Below are positions 27,789 through 38,348 of a stretch of DNA of 64,000 bases, in pieces. The stretch lies in the IMG/VR virus record IMGVR_UViG_3300020578_000012; one strand, 5' to 3'. The DNA is from an uncultured virus (IMG/VR IMGVR_UViG_3300020578_000012) (Duplodnaviria > Heunggongvirae > Uroviricota > Caudoviricetes). Made by a program: the position numbers and the translations under genes. Within the stretch, counting starts at the first letter, position 1. Every line of letters begins with the position of its first letter. The notes beneath the pieces were generated by a model that ran no database searches, was not told the origin of the DNA, and was given only the letters and a program-made list of their open reading frames with translations.

Positions 27789-28523
27789 ATGCATAATTTG
27801 ATTGATTTTCGTCAATACTTTATTGACAAGTATTACAAGCAAGAATGGATTGAACCTGCTCGATTTCACTACAAGAATGCTGAGCCGTTCCCTCACATTG
27901 TAATTGATAACTTTCTCCCAGATGAAATTCTAAATGCTGCTCTTGATGCATTCTCTGAATATAATCCTAAAGAATGGTGGCAGTTTTCAAATGATAAAGA
28001 ATTAAAACTTGCATCTAAAAACGAAATTTTTATTCCACAAGTTATCCGAAGTATTCTTCATGAACTTAACTCTGGGTTCGTATTAGATTGGTTGCAATAT
28101 TTAACTAACACGTCTAGACTAGTCTCAGACACCAGACTTTATGGTGGTGGAATGCATCGGATCGAGAATGGTGGAAAACTAAATGTTCATATTGATTTTA
28201 ATGTAGAACGCAGAACTGGATTATATCGTCAACTAAATCTTTTACTCTATCTTAACAAAGATTGGAAAGACGAATACAATGGTCATCTAGAACTTTGGAA
28301 TGCAGATAAAACAGAATGTAAACTTAAACTTGCGCCCATATTTAATCGATGCGTTATATTCAACACCACAGGAAAATCCTGGCATGGACATCCAGTCCCA
28401 CTCAATACTCCAGAAGGAGTTGCCAGAAAAAGTTTAGCATTGTATTATTACAATACGAACGATGAAGATGCATTCAATGCGTCCGCTCAAGCACACACAA
28501 CATTATGGGAACCAACTAATTAA
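27789..28523 (+). CDS. 2OG-Fe(II) oxygenase (prolyl-hydroxylase-like)
   Basis: PFPHIVIDNF, HIDFN, LNLLLYLN, SWHG, RKSLALYYY. Confidence 0.9.
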   Translation: MHNLIDFRQYFIDKYYKQEWIEPARFHYKNAEPFPHIVIDNFLPDEILNAALDAFSEYNPKEWWQFSNDKELKLASKNEIFIPQVIRSILHELNSGFVLDWLQYLTNTSRLVSDTRLYGGGMHRIENGGKLNVHIDFNVERRTGLYRQLNLLLYLNKDWKDEYNGHLELWNADKTECKLKLAPIFNRCVIFNTTGKSWHGHPVPLNTPEGVARKSLALYYYNTNDEDAFNASAQAHTTLWEPTN

Positions 28524-28539
28524 TTGTAAAAGGTGAATT

Positions 28540-29316
28540 ATGAACTATGCTGGTAAATTGACAATAGTAAAAACAGTTTCAATTATTACTCCAACAACTG
28601 GAAATCCTTATCTTGCTGAATGTATTGCCTCAGTTAGAGCGCAAACATACAAACACATTGAACACATTGTGGTTGTTGATGGCAAAGAGAGATGGGAAAA
28701 GGCTGAGCCAATTCTAAAACAAGCAGAATTTCCAAATGGGAAAAATGAACATGTGTTAGTTTTGCCATACCCAACTGGCACTAATAGATACAATGGTCAT
28801 CGTGTTTATGGCGGAACAAGTTATTTTGCCGATGGTGATTATCATCTATGGTTAGATGACGATAATATGCTTGAACCCAATCATGTAGAAAGTTTAATAA
28901 ATTTGGTTCAAGAAAAAAATTTAGATTGGGCATTCTCGCTTCGTAAAATTATAGATAAAGATGGAAATGTTGTATGTTTAGATGATTGCGAAAGTCTAGG
29001 GAAATGGGCGAGTATCCTACACCCAGAAGATTTTTTTGTTGATGTGAACTGTTATTTTGTCCCAAAAGCTGCGGCAGTTGGCATGTCACCAGTTTGGTAT
29101 AGGAAATTTCGCGAGCCTGGTCAACCCGAAATCGACCGCGCAATTGCGGCAACATTAATGTTGCGGCAGAATAATTTGAAGTATGATTGTACTCAAGATT
29201 ACACAGTAAAATATAGAGTGGGTAATACTGGACTTTCAGTGCAGTCAGATTTCTTTATTCAAGGAAACAAAAAAATGCTTGAAAAATATAATGGAGTTTT
29301 ACCATGGAAAAAGTGA
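28540..29316 (+). CDS. Glycosyltransferase family 2
   Basis: SIITPT, HIVVVDG, WLDDDN. Confidence 0.87.
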   Translation: MNYAGKLTIVKTVSIITPTTGNPYLAECIASVRAQTYKHIEHIVVVDGKERWEKAEPILKQAEFPNGKNEHVLVLPYPTGTNRYNGHRVYGGTSYFADGDYHLWLDDDNMLEPNHVESLINLVQEKNLDWAFSLRKIIDKDGNVVCLDDCESLGKWASILHPEDFFVDVNCYFVPKAAAVGMSPVWYRKFREPGQPEIDRAIAATLMLRQNNLKYDCTQDYTVKYRVGNTGLSVQSDFFIQGNKKMLEKYNGVLPWKK

Positions 29317-29993
29317 AGAGTCCTTGCATTGCATCCATTTTTATGGACAATATTAATAAGCGATCAGTAGAACTTCAAGTTGAAGTTGTAAAGAAATTCA
29401 ATAAATCGAATATTGCACACTATCCAGTTTTGTCTCAGGCTTCTCCTGGTTATACTATGGATAAACTTGTAGAGATGCTTGAGAAGAAAGGACATGATGC
29501 GATTATGTTTTTAGATATTGATGCGCTACCTTTGAATGATAATGCTTTAGATTATTTTTTTGAACAAGCGTATGATGGTAAAGTTATTGGATCTGCACAA
29601 CGCAGCAATCACATTCAGAATAATCAACATGTATTTTGTGCACCACATAACGTAACATTCACAATTTCAACATACAGAAAATGCGGAAACCCGTCATTCT
29701 TGCCAAATTATCGCGGTGATGTATCAGAGGAATTGACATTTAGGGCTGAAGAGAGTAATATACCTATTGAGATATTGATGCCATTACGATATGACGCACC
29801 ACCAATTCGTATGGAATGGGAACCAAAAGATGCGTCACCATACTGGGATCTTGCTGATGGTATGCCAAAGTATGGTATTGGTACAACTTTTGGTAAAAAT
29901 GATGTGGAAATGTTCTGGCACATGTATCAAAGTTTTCACCCAGGACAAACAGAACGATTTTTTAAAAAATGTGAGGAAATTTTAAATGGCTAA
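29304..29993 (+). CDS. Putative GT-A glycosyltransferase
   Basis: MFLDIDALP (DxD); cluster context. Confidence 0.55.
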   Translation: MEKVKSPCIASIFMDNINKRSVELQVEVVKKFNKSNIAHYPVLSQASPGYTMDKLVEMLEKKGHDAIMFLDIDALPLNDNALDYFFEQAYDGKVIGSAQRSNHIQNNQHVFCAPHNVTFTISTYRKCGNPSFLPNYRGDVSEELTFRAEESNIPIEILMPLRYDAPPIRMEWEPKDASPYWDLADGMPKYGIGTTFGKNDVEMFWHMYQSFHPGQTERFFKKCEEILNG

Positions 29994-30189
29994 TCGTAGT
30001 GACTTCTTTAATGCTAAACTTCCGAGACAATACAAACGCATGCTTGCTGTAAGTGAGGCAAATGGTTGGATTAAAGATAAGCAAGAACGTGGTATGCTGA
30101 AGAATGCATTTATAGCTGCCCATGCAAATCATGTTGCTTATAAAGTAAAACGTCAATCTATGGATAGCGGCAATTCTGGAGAAGAATAA
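29986..30189 (+). CDS. Hypothetical protein
   Basis: SD GAGG; packed ORF. Confidence 0.65.
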   Translation: MANRSDFFNAKLPRQYKRMLAVSEANGWIKDKQERGMLKNAFIAAHANHVAYKVKRQSMDSGNSGEE

Positions 30190-30446
30190 TGCACTCTCTA
30201 ACAGAACTTCGCGATTTCTTTAAATCAAACGAAATTGAAATCAAAGAATTTAATGGGTGGCAATTAAAAGTTGGAAAAGATGTTTGGACTCTTTCAAATG
30301 ATAAGTTTCTATTAAATGGTAAACCACAAAATTTGAAAGACAAAGGTTATATTACAAATTATAAACAGGTGTACAATGTCAGAAATCAAAGTAGTCAAAC
30401 TCGTAAGTGGAGAGGAATTAGTTGTCGAAATCGTATCAGAAAATGA
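30189..30446 (+). CDS. Hypothetical protein
   Basis: TAATG coupling; 3' end overlaps the next gene. Confidence 0.5.
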   Translation: MHSLTELRDFFKSNEIEIKEFNGWQLKVGKDVWTLSNDKFLLNGKPQNLKDKGYITNYKQVYNVRNQSSQTRKWRGISCRNRIRK

Positions 30447-30675
30447 TACAACTATTGAGTTTAAAAATCCACTATCAGCAATTCTTCAGCGCACTAAGAC
30501 TGGCGAAGGTGCTCTTGGATTTATGCCATGGATGCATGCAGCAAACGGTCCTTTCGTAGTAAACAAGAATAACGTTGTTTGTGTTGCAGAGGTTGCTGAA
30601 GAAGTCAAAAGCGGGTATAATCAGATATTCGGAGCAGGAATTGTTGTTCCGCCAAAAGATTTAATCTTGGGGTGA
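30376..30675 (+). CDS. Conserved T4-like protein (Sm-like fold) upstream of polymerase
   Basis: VKLVSGEELV, GFMPW, YNQIFGAGIVVP. Confidence 0.75.
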   Translation: MSEIKVVKLVSGEELVVEIVSENDTTIEFKNPLSAILQRTKTGEGALGFMPWMHAANGPFVVNKNNVVCVAEVAEEVKSGYNQIFGAGIVVPPKDLILG

Positions 30676-30676
30676 T

Positions 30677-33217
30677 ATGTCTGATTTCTACACTAATATC
30701 TGCGTTTCGGGAAAGTATATACTCTTCCGAGGCGTAGAGAATGACAAGCGCATTCGACGTAAGATCGAATACAAACCCACGTTTTTCCTTCCAAGTCAAG
30801 AACCTTCTGAATTCACCACGCTCGCTGGTGAGTTTGTCAAACCTATTCAGCCAGGAACAATTCCTGACTGTCGCCAATTCTTAGAGAGGTATGAGAGTGT
30901 CGATAATTTTCCTATTTTTGGCAATAACCGCTATGAGTATGCTTTTATTGCCGATAACTTTGGTGATGATATATTGTGGGATGTTAATAAAATTTGCATT
31001 GCCTATCTTGACATCGAAGTTGGATCAGAGAATGGATTCCCAGAGCCAAGAGATGCTAACGAAGAAATTACCGCAATCACTATCAAAATTAAGGGTAATT
31101 ATTTTGTGTTTGGTGTCAGCGATTATAGCAAGCACCGTGACGACGTGCACTATGCAAAGTGTCGAGATGAATACGATCTCGTACGACGTTTCATTGACTT
31201 CTGGGCAAGATTCCACCCAGATGTTGTAAGTGGTTGGAACATCGAGCAGTTTGACTTTCCTTATCTTGTAAATCGCATCATCAAACTCTTTGGTGAAGAT
31301 GAAGCCAAGAAACTTTCCCCTTGGAATAAATTAAGAGAACATGAAGTGTTCATCATGAATCGTAAGACGCAAGTATACGAAATCATGGGTGTTTCTATTC
31401 TCGACTATCTCCAACTCTATCGCAAGTTCACCTATTCGCAGAAAGAATCTTATCGACTTGATAATATTGCTCACGTTGAATTGGGCGAAAAGAAGATTGA
31501 TTACTCAGAGTTTGAAACTCTACATCAATTGTACAAGTACGACTATCAAAAGTTCATTGAATATAACATCAAAGACGTTGAACTTGTAGAGAAACTTGAA
31601 GACAAGATGAAGTTGATTGAGTTGGCGTTGACACTTGCATATGATAATAAAGTCAACTACGATGATGTGTTCACGCAGGTGCGCATGTGGGATGCGATTG
31701 TATACAATCATTTGCTGAAAAAGAAGATTGTTATCCCTCAAATGAAGAAGGGTGATAAGCGTGGTGCCTATGAAGGTGCATATGTTAAAGAACCTCTTTT
31801 GGGTATGCATCAATGGGTGGCGTCATTTGACTTGAACAGTCTGTATCCGCATCTTATTATGCAGTATAATATTTCAATGGAGACTCTGATTGAACCCACG
31901 AAATATACTATTGAGATGCGCAATCTTGTTCGCGAAGGTAGTGTGAGCGTTGATTCGCTACTAAATCAAAAGATTCGCGCTGACTTCTTAAAGAATGTTG
32001 ACGCCACACTTACACCTAATTGTCAATTCTTCAAAACAAGTAAACAAGGTGTGATGCCTGAAATTATGGATAGCATGTACAAAGACCGTACACGCTATAA
32101 GAAACTAGCATTAGAATCTAAAAAGAAAATCGAAACGGTTCTTGAAGATAAGAATCAAGTTGAGTATCTTGAAAAACAAGTTGCTCGATATAACAATCTT
32201 CAGTTAGCCAAAAAGGTTACACTGAATTCTGCTTATGGTGCGCTGGGTAATCAATACTTCCGTTTCTTTGATACTCGTATCGCCGAGGGTATTACTACGG
32301 CAGGGCAATTGTCGATTCGATGGATTGAAAAGAAAATTAATGATTACATGAATAAATTGTTGAAAACGACTGGTGGCGATTATGTTATCGCATCAGATAC
32401 AGACTCAATTTATCTGAACATGGGACCAATTATTGATAAATTATATCCAAACGTCACCGACTCTAAAAAGGTCATCAAGTTTATGGATAAAGTTTGTGAA
32501 GAAAAACTACAACCTTATATTGATTCTTCATATGAAGAACTCAAAGATTATTTGAATGCATATCAGCAGCGCATGGAAATGAAACGTGAGTCTCTTGCTG
32601 ACAAGGCAATATGGACTGCGAAGAAACGATACATTCTTCATGTATACGATAGTGAGGGTGTGGTTTACACAAAACCAAAATTAAAGATCATGGGTCTCGA
32701 GGCAGTTAAATCATCCACACCATCAGCCTGTCGCACAAAAATTAAAGAAGCGATTAATATCATTATGACTCAGACTGAAGAAGATCTGCATAAGTTTATT
32801 GAGAACTTTCGAAATGAGTTTCGAACCCTTCCTGTTGAGGAAATATCTTTTCCGAGAAGCGTCAATGGATTGGGTGAATATTCAGATGCTGCAAATATCT
32901 TCAAGAAAGGCACACCAATTCATGTGAAGGGTGCACTTGTTTACAATCATTTCTTGCGTGAATTAAAACTAACTAAACGATATCAAGTAATCCAAGAAGG
33001 CGAAAAGATCAAGTTTATCTATTTAAAACAACCAAACATATTCAATAACAATACTCTGGCGTTTCTATCAGGCATTCCAAAACAACTTGGTGCTGAGAAA
33101 TACATAGATTATGATCTTCAGTTTGATAAATCGTTCCTAGAACCATTGGATATTATTCTGTCTGCGATTGATTGGAAGACTGAAAAAATTAATTCTATCG
33201 AAGATTTTTTCGCATGA
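30677..33217 (+). CDS. gp43: Family B DNA polymerase
   Basis: Exonuclease DIEV, GWNIEQFD; SFDLNSLYP, KVTLNSAYG, ASDTDS; C-terminal SIEDFFA. Confidence 0.98.
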   Translation: MSDFYTNICVSGKYILFRGVENDKRIRRKIEYKPTFFLPSQEPSEFTTLAGEFVKPIQPGTIPDCRQFLERYESVDNFPIFGNNRYEYAFIADNFGDDILWDVNKICIAYLDIEVGSENGFPEPRDANEEITAITIKIKGNYFVFGVSDYSKHRDDVHYAKCRDEYDLVRRFIDFWARFHPDVVSGWNIEQFDFPYLVNRIIKLFGEDEAKKLSPWNKLREHEVFIMNRKTQVYEIMGVSILDYLQLYRKFTYSQKESYRLDNIAHVELGEKKIDYSEFETLHQLYKYDYQKFIEYNIKDVELVEKLEDKMKLIELALTLAYDNKVNYDDVFTQVRMWDAIVYNHLLKKKIVIPQMKKGDKRGAYEGAYVKEPLLGMHQWVASFDLNSLYPHLIMQYNISMETLIEPTKYTIEMRNLVREGSVSVDSLLNQKIRADFLKNVDATLTPNCQFFKTSKQGVMPEIMDSMYKDRTRYKKLALESKKKIETVLEDKNQVEYLEKQVARYNNLQLAKKVTLNSAYGALGNQYFRFFDTRIAEGITTAGQLSIRWIEKKINDYMNKLLKTTGGDYVIASDTDSIYLNMGPIIDKLYPNVTDSKKVIKFMDKVCEEKLQPYIDSSYEELKDYLNAYQQRMEMKRESLADKAIWTAKKRYILHVYDSEGVVYTKPKLKIMGLEAVKSSTPSACRTKIKEAINIIMTQTEEDLHKFIENFRNEFRTLPVEEISFPRSVNGLGEYSDAANIFKKGTPIHVKGALVYNHFLRELKLTKRYQVIQEGEKIKFIYLKQPNIFNNNTLAFLSGIPKQLGAEKYIDYDLQFDKSFLEPLDIILSAIDWKTEKINSIEDFFA

Positions 33218-33795
33218 GCGATAATAATGATATCATACTAATTGATAGAGCATTTTCGCCAACTCTATTCAAACATATGAAGCAGTGGATTTTCAGCGAA
33301 GAATTTTCTTGGTCGTTTATGGAATCAACAGGAATTTCCGAAATCACAGACAATTTTTCATTTGGACGATATTTATACAAAGACGGGAATCGCATTTTTC
33401 CTGAGTCATATATTGTTGAGGCTGGATTTGCAACCATGCTAGATAATTGCAGGTTGAATATTACACAATTGCATAGAATAAGAGTTGGTTTAATTACAAA
33501 AAGTGCAGAACGCATCACCAATACAGCACATGTTGATCATAATGAACCGCATTTAACCGCACTCATTTATCTAAATACAACAGATGCCCCAACTTATCTC
33601 TATGACACATTTTATGATTTTAAAAGTAATATGAGTGCAGACGAGTTTAGTAAAACTAAAAAATTATCAATTGTCAAAATGATCCCATGCATAGAGAATA
33701 CAGCTGTTATATTTGATGGTGCTAGATATCATTCTAGTAATTCTCCGACTGATGTGAGTAGAAGAGTTGTCCTAAATTTTAATTTTAATATTTAA
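33214..33795 (+). CDS. 2OG-Fe(II) oxygenase-like
   Basis: AHVD, ALIYLN, FDGARYHSS, RRVVLNFN. Confidence 0.8.
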   Translation: MSDNNDIILIDRAFSPTLFKHMKQWIFSEEFSWSFMESTGISEITDNFSFGRYLYKDGNRIFPESYIVEAGFATMLDNCRLNITQLHRIRVGLITKSAERITNTAHVDHNEPHLTALIYLNTTDAPTYLYDTFYDFKSNMSADEFSKTKKLSIVKMIPCIENTAVIFDGARYHSSNSPTDVSRRVVLNFNFNI

Positions 33796-33798
33796 AAT

Positions 33799-34443
33799 AT
33801 GATTTCTGTTATAGTTCCAACAATGTGGAGAGGTGAATACTATAAACAAATGTTGCCTCTTTTGGATAAACATTCATTAGTTAGTGAGATTTTTATAATT
33901 GACAATGATTTTAATAAAACTGATTACGATACAATAAACAAATTAAATAAAATTATTCATCATAAACCTTGTGAAAATTTATATGTAAATCCCTCATGGA
34001 ATTATGGAGTGGCTCATTGTAATGCTGATAAAATTTGTTTATACAGTGATGATGTTTTTTTTGATATTACTTGTCTAGAACTTGTATACGAATATCTTAC
34101 TCCTGAAAATGGTGTCATAGGATTTGATCAAACTTCAGTGTTTAAAAATATAGATTCAGTATATTTTTCTGAATGGGAATCTAAAAATATGACAATATCA
34201 AACAATATGCATCATCTATTTGGTATTTGTATGTTTATGCATAAAAACAGTTATCACCCCATTCCTGACAATTATAAAATTTTTTATGGCGATACATTTT
34301 TGTATAACAAAAACATGCAAAATGGTAAATTTAATTGGAATATTAATAATTTTTATGCAGTAACTTCTATGGGTTCTACTTCAAACTCAGAAGAATTTAA
34401 AAACATCGTTCTTGAAGAAAATTTTCACTTTTATCGAAAATGA
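33799..34443 (+). CDS. Glycosyltransferase family 2 (paralogue 1)
   Basis: MISVIVPTMW, IIDN, YVNPSWN, SDD, IFYGD. Confidence 0.8.
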   Translation: MISVIVPTMWRGEYYKQMLPLLDKHSLVSEIFIIDNDFNKTDYDTINKLNKIIHHKPCENLYVNPSWNYGVAHCNADKICLYSDDVFFDITCLELVYEYLTPENGVIGFDQTSVFKNIDSVYFSEWESKNMTISNNMHHLFGICMFMHKNSYHPIPDNYKIFYGDTFLYNKNMQNGKFNWNINNFYAVTSMGSTSNSEEFKNIVLEENFHFYRK

Positions 34444-35192
34444 TATCAGTAATAATTCCAACAATGTGGCGACCGCAGGAGAAGCATTACAAAAAAATGC
34501 TTCCTATGCTTAATAGTCATGAATTAATCGGCGAAATCATTTTAATTGACAATGATGTTATAAAAACTGATTATGAAATCATTGGTCTATCTAAAATAAA
34601 CTATCAACCTCAACAAAAAAATATTTACACAAATCCTGCATGGAATTTGGGTGTTAAATTAGCAAAATATAATAAATTACTTTTGCTTAATGACGATTGC
34701 TTGGCGAATATCAATTCACTAGAGCAGATTTATGAGCAGATTACACCAGATAAAGGATTAATTGGCTACTCTGCATTAAGTTATTGCACATATACTATAG
34801 ATATGTTTGAATCATTTTGTCAAAACGGATTTGGTGATAATATCACATTTGAGATATTAAATCCAATGTTTTATTCGCAAAGATCTGGTATGCCGCATAT
34901 ATCATATGGATGCATGATGTATGCACACAAGGAAAGTTTTTATGAAATTCCAGAAGAATTCAAAATATATTATGGCGATTTATTTAATTATTTGATGAAT
35001 TTGCGGGAAGGAAAGCAAAACTATCAAATTGAAAATGGATTTGTCATGACTCAGATGTCATCCACAGTTAATTCTGTTGGGACTAGAAAAGATGCACTGA
35101 GCCCAATAGATCTAGAAGAACATGACTTGTTGCGACCAGTTTTTGCAAAACATGGTCTTTCAAATTTCAAATATAGAACGGTTGTCGGATGA
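34440..35192 (+). CDS. Glycosyltransferase family 2 (paralogue 2)
   Basis: MISVIIPTMW, LIDN, YTNPAWN, NDD, IYYGD. Confidence 0.8.
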   Translation: MISVIIPTMWRPQEKHYKKMLPMLNSHELIGEIILIDNDVIKTDYEIIGLSKINYQPQQKNIYTNPAWNLGVKLAKYNKLLLLNDDCLANINSLEQIYEQITPDKGLIGYSALSYCTYTIDMFESFCQNGFGDNITFEILNPMFYSQRSGMPHISYGCMMYAHKESFYEIPEEFKIYYGDLFNYLMNLREGKQNYQIENGFVMTQMSSTVNSVGTRKDALSPIDLEEHDLLRPVFAKHGLSNFKYRTVVG

Positions 35193-35929
35193 TAAGCGTA
35201 ATCATTCCTACAATGTGGAGACCGCCACATCTATCGGTGATGCTGCCAATGCTGGATAGAAATCCGTTAATAGGCGAAATTATTTTAGTTGATAATGATA
35301 TCAAGAAAACAAATCACAAATTACTAGAAAAAATTTCAAAATTACGTTATTACAGTTTCACGGAAGGTAATATTTTTGTTAATCCTGCATGGAATTGTGG
35401 TGCTGATGTATCTAAATATGACAAACTATTTTTTCTTAACGATGATTGCGTTGTAAATCTAGTTTCATTGCGTAAGATTTATGACATGATATTACCCGAG
35501 AATGGTATATTAGGGTTTTCAGAACATAGTTATTGTAACTATGAATTGGATTGTTACAATTTACTTGCTTCGGCAGGATACGGAAGTAACATAATTATAA
35601 AAGAAATTAATCCTGGCGAATATAAAAAAATGAGTGGTATGCCACATTTTTATTATGGATCAGCAATGTTTATGCATAAGAAAAACTATCATGTAATTCC
35701 TGATAATCTAAAGGTGTATTTTGGTGATCTAGTAATCTATTTGTCGAATTTAAAGAATGGTTTGTTTAACTACATGATACACAATGGGTTGGTTATGAGT
35801 AAACCATCTTACACTGTATCAACAGTAACGAAAGATATCCTAAAGCAAGATAATGATGCGATCAAGGAAATAATTAAAAGTATGAATCTAAATAATATAA
35901 AATACAGAGTTAGGAACGATCAAACTTAA
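35189..35929 (+). CDS. Glycosyltransferase family 2 (paralogue 3)
   Basis: MISVIIPTMW, LVDN, FVNPAWN, NDD, VYFGD. Confidence 0.8.
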   Translation: MISVIIPTMWRPPHLSVMLPMLDRNPLIGEIILVDNDIKKTNHKLLEKISKLRYYSFTEGNIFVNPAWNCGADVSKYDKLFFLNDDCVVNLVSLRKIYDMILPENGILGFSEHSYCNYELDCYNLLASAGYGSNIIIKEINPGEYKKMSGMPHFYYGSAMFMHKKNYHVIPDNLKVYFGDLVIYLSNLKNGLFNYMIHNGLVMSKPSYTVSTVTKDILKQDNDAIKEIIKSMNLNNIKYRVRNDQT

Positions 35930-36819
35930 TGGCATTACTTGCACTCATCGCTGGTTTACTGCTTTCTGGGACTGCAGCATATTACTCCATTATTGGATTG
36001 ATCGCTATATTTCCTGGCGCAGTTTTTGCTATTTCGTTGATGGGAGCAAGCCTAGAATTTGCTAAACTTGTTGCTGCTTCTTGGTTGTATCGGAATTGGG
36101 ATATTGCTCCTAGGATCATCAAGGGGTATTTCATATTTGCAATCATAATTCTAATGTTCATCACCTCTCTAGGGACGTTTGGATATTTGTCGAAGGTTCA
36201 TCTTGAATCATCTGCAGGTGTAAACGATAATGCGTTCGAGATTTCCAAAATTGAGCAACAAATAGAAAGTCAACAAAGAACTATTGACAATTCTCAGCGC
36301 GGATTAGACTCATTAGATAATGTTGTTTCTAACAGTTTTATGGATGCGGCGAGAGTTAGAAATCAACAAAAAGAAGAAAGATCATCATTGAATTCAGCAA
36401 TTCAGGAATCTTCTACTAAAATTACAGAACTTAATTCGCAACTTACATCACTCCGCCGATCTAACGCAGAAGTTGAGTCTAAAATCGGTCCTCTTAAATA
36501 CATTGCTGAATTAATTTATGGGAAAGAACAAGCTGTCAACTACTTTGACAGCGCAGTTCGATTTGTAATCATACTCATTGTTCTTGTATTTGATCCTCTT
36601 GCTGTGTTGCTGCTTATAGCCGCAAACATCTCATATTTGAATGTTAAATCTGAACCAATAATTGAAAAAAAGAAAAGAGTTGACAAAAAACCTAAAGATA
36701 ATTATAATAAAAGTATTAAGGAGAGCATCTACAACTTTATGATGCAAGATGATTTCGGTATCAAACACATAGATAAGGTGGATAGTAATGAGCCTGTTAG
36801 AAAAATTAAAGAAAAATAG
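35929..36819 (+). CDS. Membrane protein with coiled coil
   Basis: Three N-terminal TM segments, heptad-rich middle, C-terminal TM (VFDPLAV). Confidence 0.75.
   Translation: MALLALIAGLLLSGTAAYYSIIGLIAIFPGAVFAISLMGASLEFAKLVAASWLYRNWDIAPRIIKGYFIFAIIILMFITSLGTFGYLSKVHLESSAGVNDNAFEISKIEQQIESQQRTIDNSQRGLDSLDNVVSNSFMDAARVRNQQKEERSSLNSAIQESSTKITELNSQLTSLRRSNAEVESKIGPLKYIAELIYGKEQAVNYFDSAVRFVIILIVLVFDPLAVLLLIAANISYLNVKSEPIIEKKKRVDKKPKDNYNKSIKESIYNFMMQDDFGIKHIDKVDSNEPVRKIKEK
36680..36708 (+). promoter_or_regulatory. Consensus sigma70 promoter upstream of uvsX
   Basis: TTGACA 36680-36685, 17-nt spacer, TATAAT 36703-36708. Confidence 0.8.
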
Positions 36820-37843
36820 CACAATTAAAGACACTGCGATTCTTTCTAAATCAAAGTTTTTTGCTGCTAAAGATATGATTCAGACTAGCATTCCTGTAGT
36901 GAATGTTGCATTCTCTGGTGATCTTGATGGTGGGTTTACTCCTGGTCTTACAATGTGGGCTGGTCCGAGTAAGCACTTCAAGACTGCGTTCAGCCTCTTA
37001 ATGGCAAAAGCATATCAAGACAAGTATCCTGAGTCTGTGGTATTGTTCTATGATTCAGAGTTCGGCACTCCGCAAAACTATTTCACATCATTTGGTATTG
37101 ATATGGATCGCGTTGTTCATACACCAGTGACTGATGTTGAGCAATTGAAGTTTGATATTATGAATCAATTGTCAAACATCGAGCGTGGCGAACGTGTGAT
37201 GATTGTTGTTGATTCTATTGGTAATCTTGCGTCAAAGAAAGAAGTTGAGGATGCGCTTGAGCAAAAGTCTGTCGGTGACATGACTCGCGCCAAGCAAATT
37301 AAATCCCTGTTCCGTATGGTGACACCACACCTCACCCTAAAGGACATTCCGATGGTGGTTGTCAATCATACCTATAAAGAGATTGGTATGTTTCCCAAGG
37401 ATATTGTCGGTGGCGGAACAGGTTCCTATTATTCAGCAGACAACATCTATATCCTCGGTCGTCAGCAAGAAAAAGATGGCACTGATTTAATTGGTTATAA
37501 TTTCATCATTAATGTGGAGAAGTCGCGATATGTTCGTGAGAAAGCAAAGATCCCTGTCACAGTTCGTTTCGATGGCGGTATTTCTCGGTACAGTGGTCTT
37601 CTTGACATTGCACTTGAGTCTGGTCATGTTACGAAACCAAATGTAGGTTGGTACGCAAAGGTCAACACAGAAACTGGTGAAGTCGAAGCCAAAAAGTGGC
37701 GTATGGCTGATACCGAATCTTCAGAGTTCTGGGATAGCATTCTTGCCACTGAATCATTTAAAGAGTGGGTGAGAAACAATTATCAATTTAGTTCAGCAGT
37801 TGCTGGAAATCTTACCTCCGAGGCTGAAGAAGATGAAGGATAA
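36788..37843 (+). CDS. uvsX: RecA-like recombinase
   Basis: AGPSKHFKT, FYDSEFG, DSIGNLAS, VVNHTY, GGTG. Confidence 0.97.
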   Translation: MSLLEKLKKNSTIKDTAILSKSKFFAAKDMIQTSIPVVNVAFSGDLDGGFTPGLTMWAGPSKHFKTAFSLLMAKAYQDKYPESVVLFYDSEFGTPQNYFTSFGIDMDRVVHTPVTDVEQLKFDIMNQLSNIERGERVMIVVDSIGNLASKKEVEDALEQKSVGDMTRAKQIKSLFRMVTPHLTLKDIPMVVVNHTYKEIGMFPKDIVGGGTGSYYSADNIYILGRQQEKDGTDLIGYNFIINVEKSRYVREKAKIPVTVRFDGGISRYSGLLDIALESGHVTKPNVGWYAKVNTETGEVEAKKWRMADTESSEFWDSILATESFKEWVRNNYQFSSAVAGNLTSEAEEDEG

Positions 37844-38348
37844 AGTTCAAGATTTAATTGCAAAAATAGAATTTTGGTATGTTAAAAAATTCTTAAAAGT
37901 TGACAAACACTACACGTTTTTTTTAGATATTGCTGGAGAAAGTGGTTCTTTTGCTATTAAATATTTAAAAAAATATAATGGAGTGATTGTTGAATTTAAT
38001 AATGTTAAAGTTGGAGATGGTGGTCTACTTACTTTTGATTATGACATTATCTCCAATGTGAATAATTGTAATGTGAAAACTAAGAAGTTTGATCGCTTTA
38101 CAACTAATGTAATGCGTAGTATACTTCTTGGGGCTATTGAAAACGCTATAAGGGAACCAAATGAAGACAGAAAATCTGATCTTGTCGAATCTGATTCGAA
38201 ACGAACCGTTTATGAGAAAGACGCTTCCATTTCTCAAAAGCGAGTACCTCAGCGAAAACCACGAAAAAAGGCTGTTCGAGGAAATAAAACAGTTCATTCT
38301 AAAGTACAACAATCTCCCGCCGATAGCAGCGCTGGAGATAAATCTTAA
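37833..38348 (+). CDS. Hypothetical protein at the gp40 position, overlapping gp41
   Basis: Between uvsX and gp41; LTFDYDII; last 188 nt overlap the helicase. Confidence 0.55.
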   Translation: MKDKVQDLIAKIEFWYVKKFLKVDKHYTFFLDIAGESGSFAIKYLKKYNGVIVEFNNVKVGDGGLLTFDYDIISNVNNCNVKTKKFDRFTTNVMRSILLGAIENAIREPNEDRKSDLVESDSKRTVYEKDASISQKRVPQRKPRKKAVRGNKTVHSKVQQSPADSSAGDKS

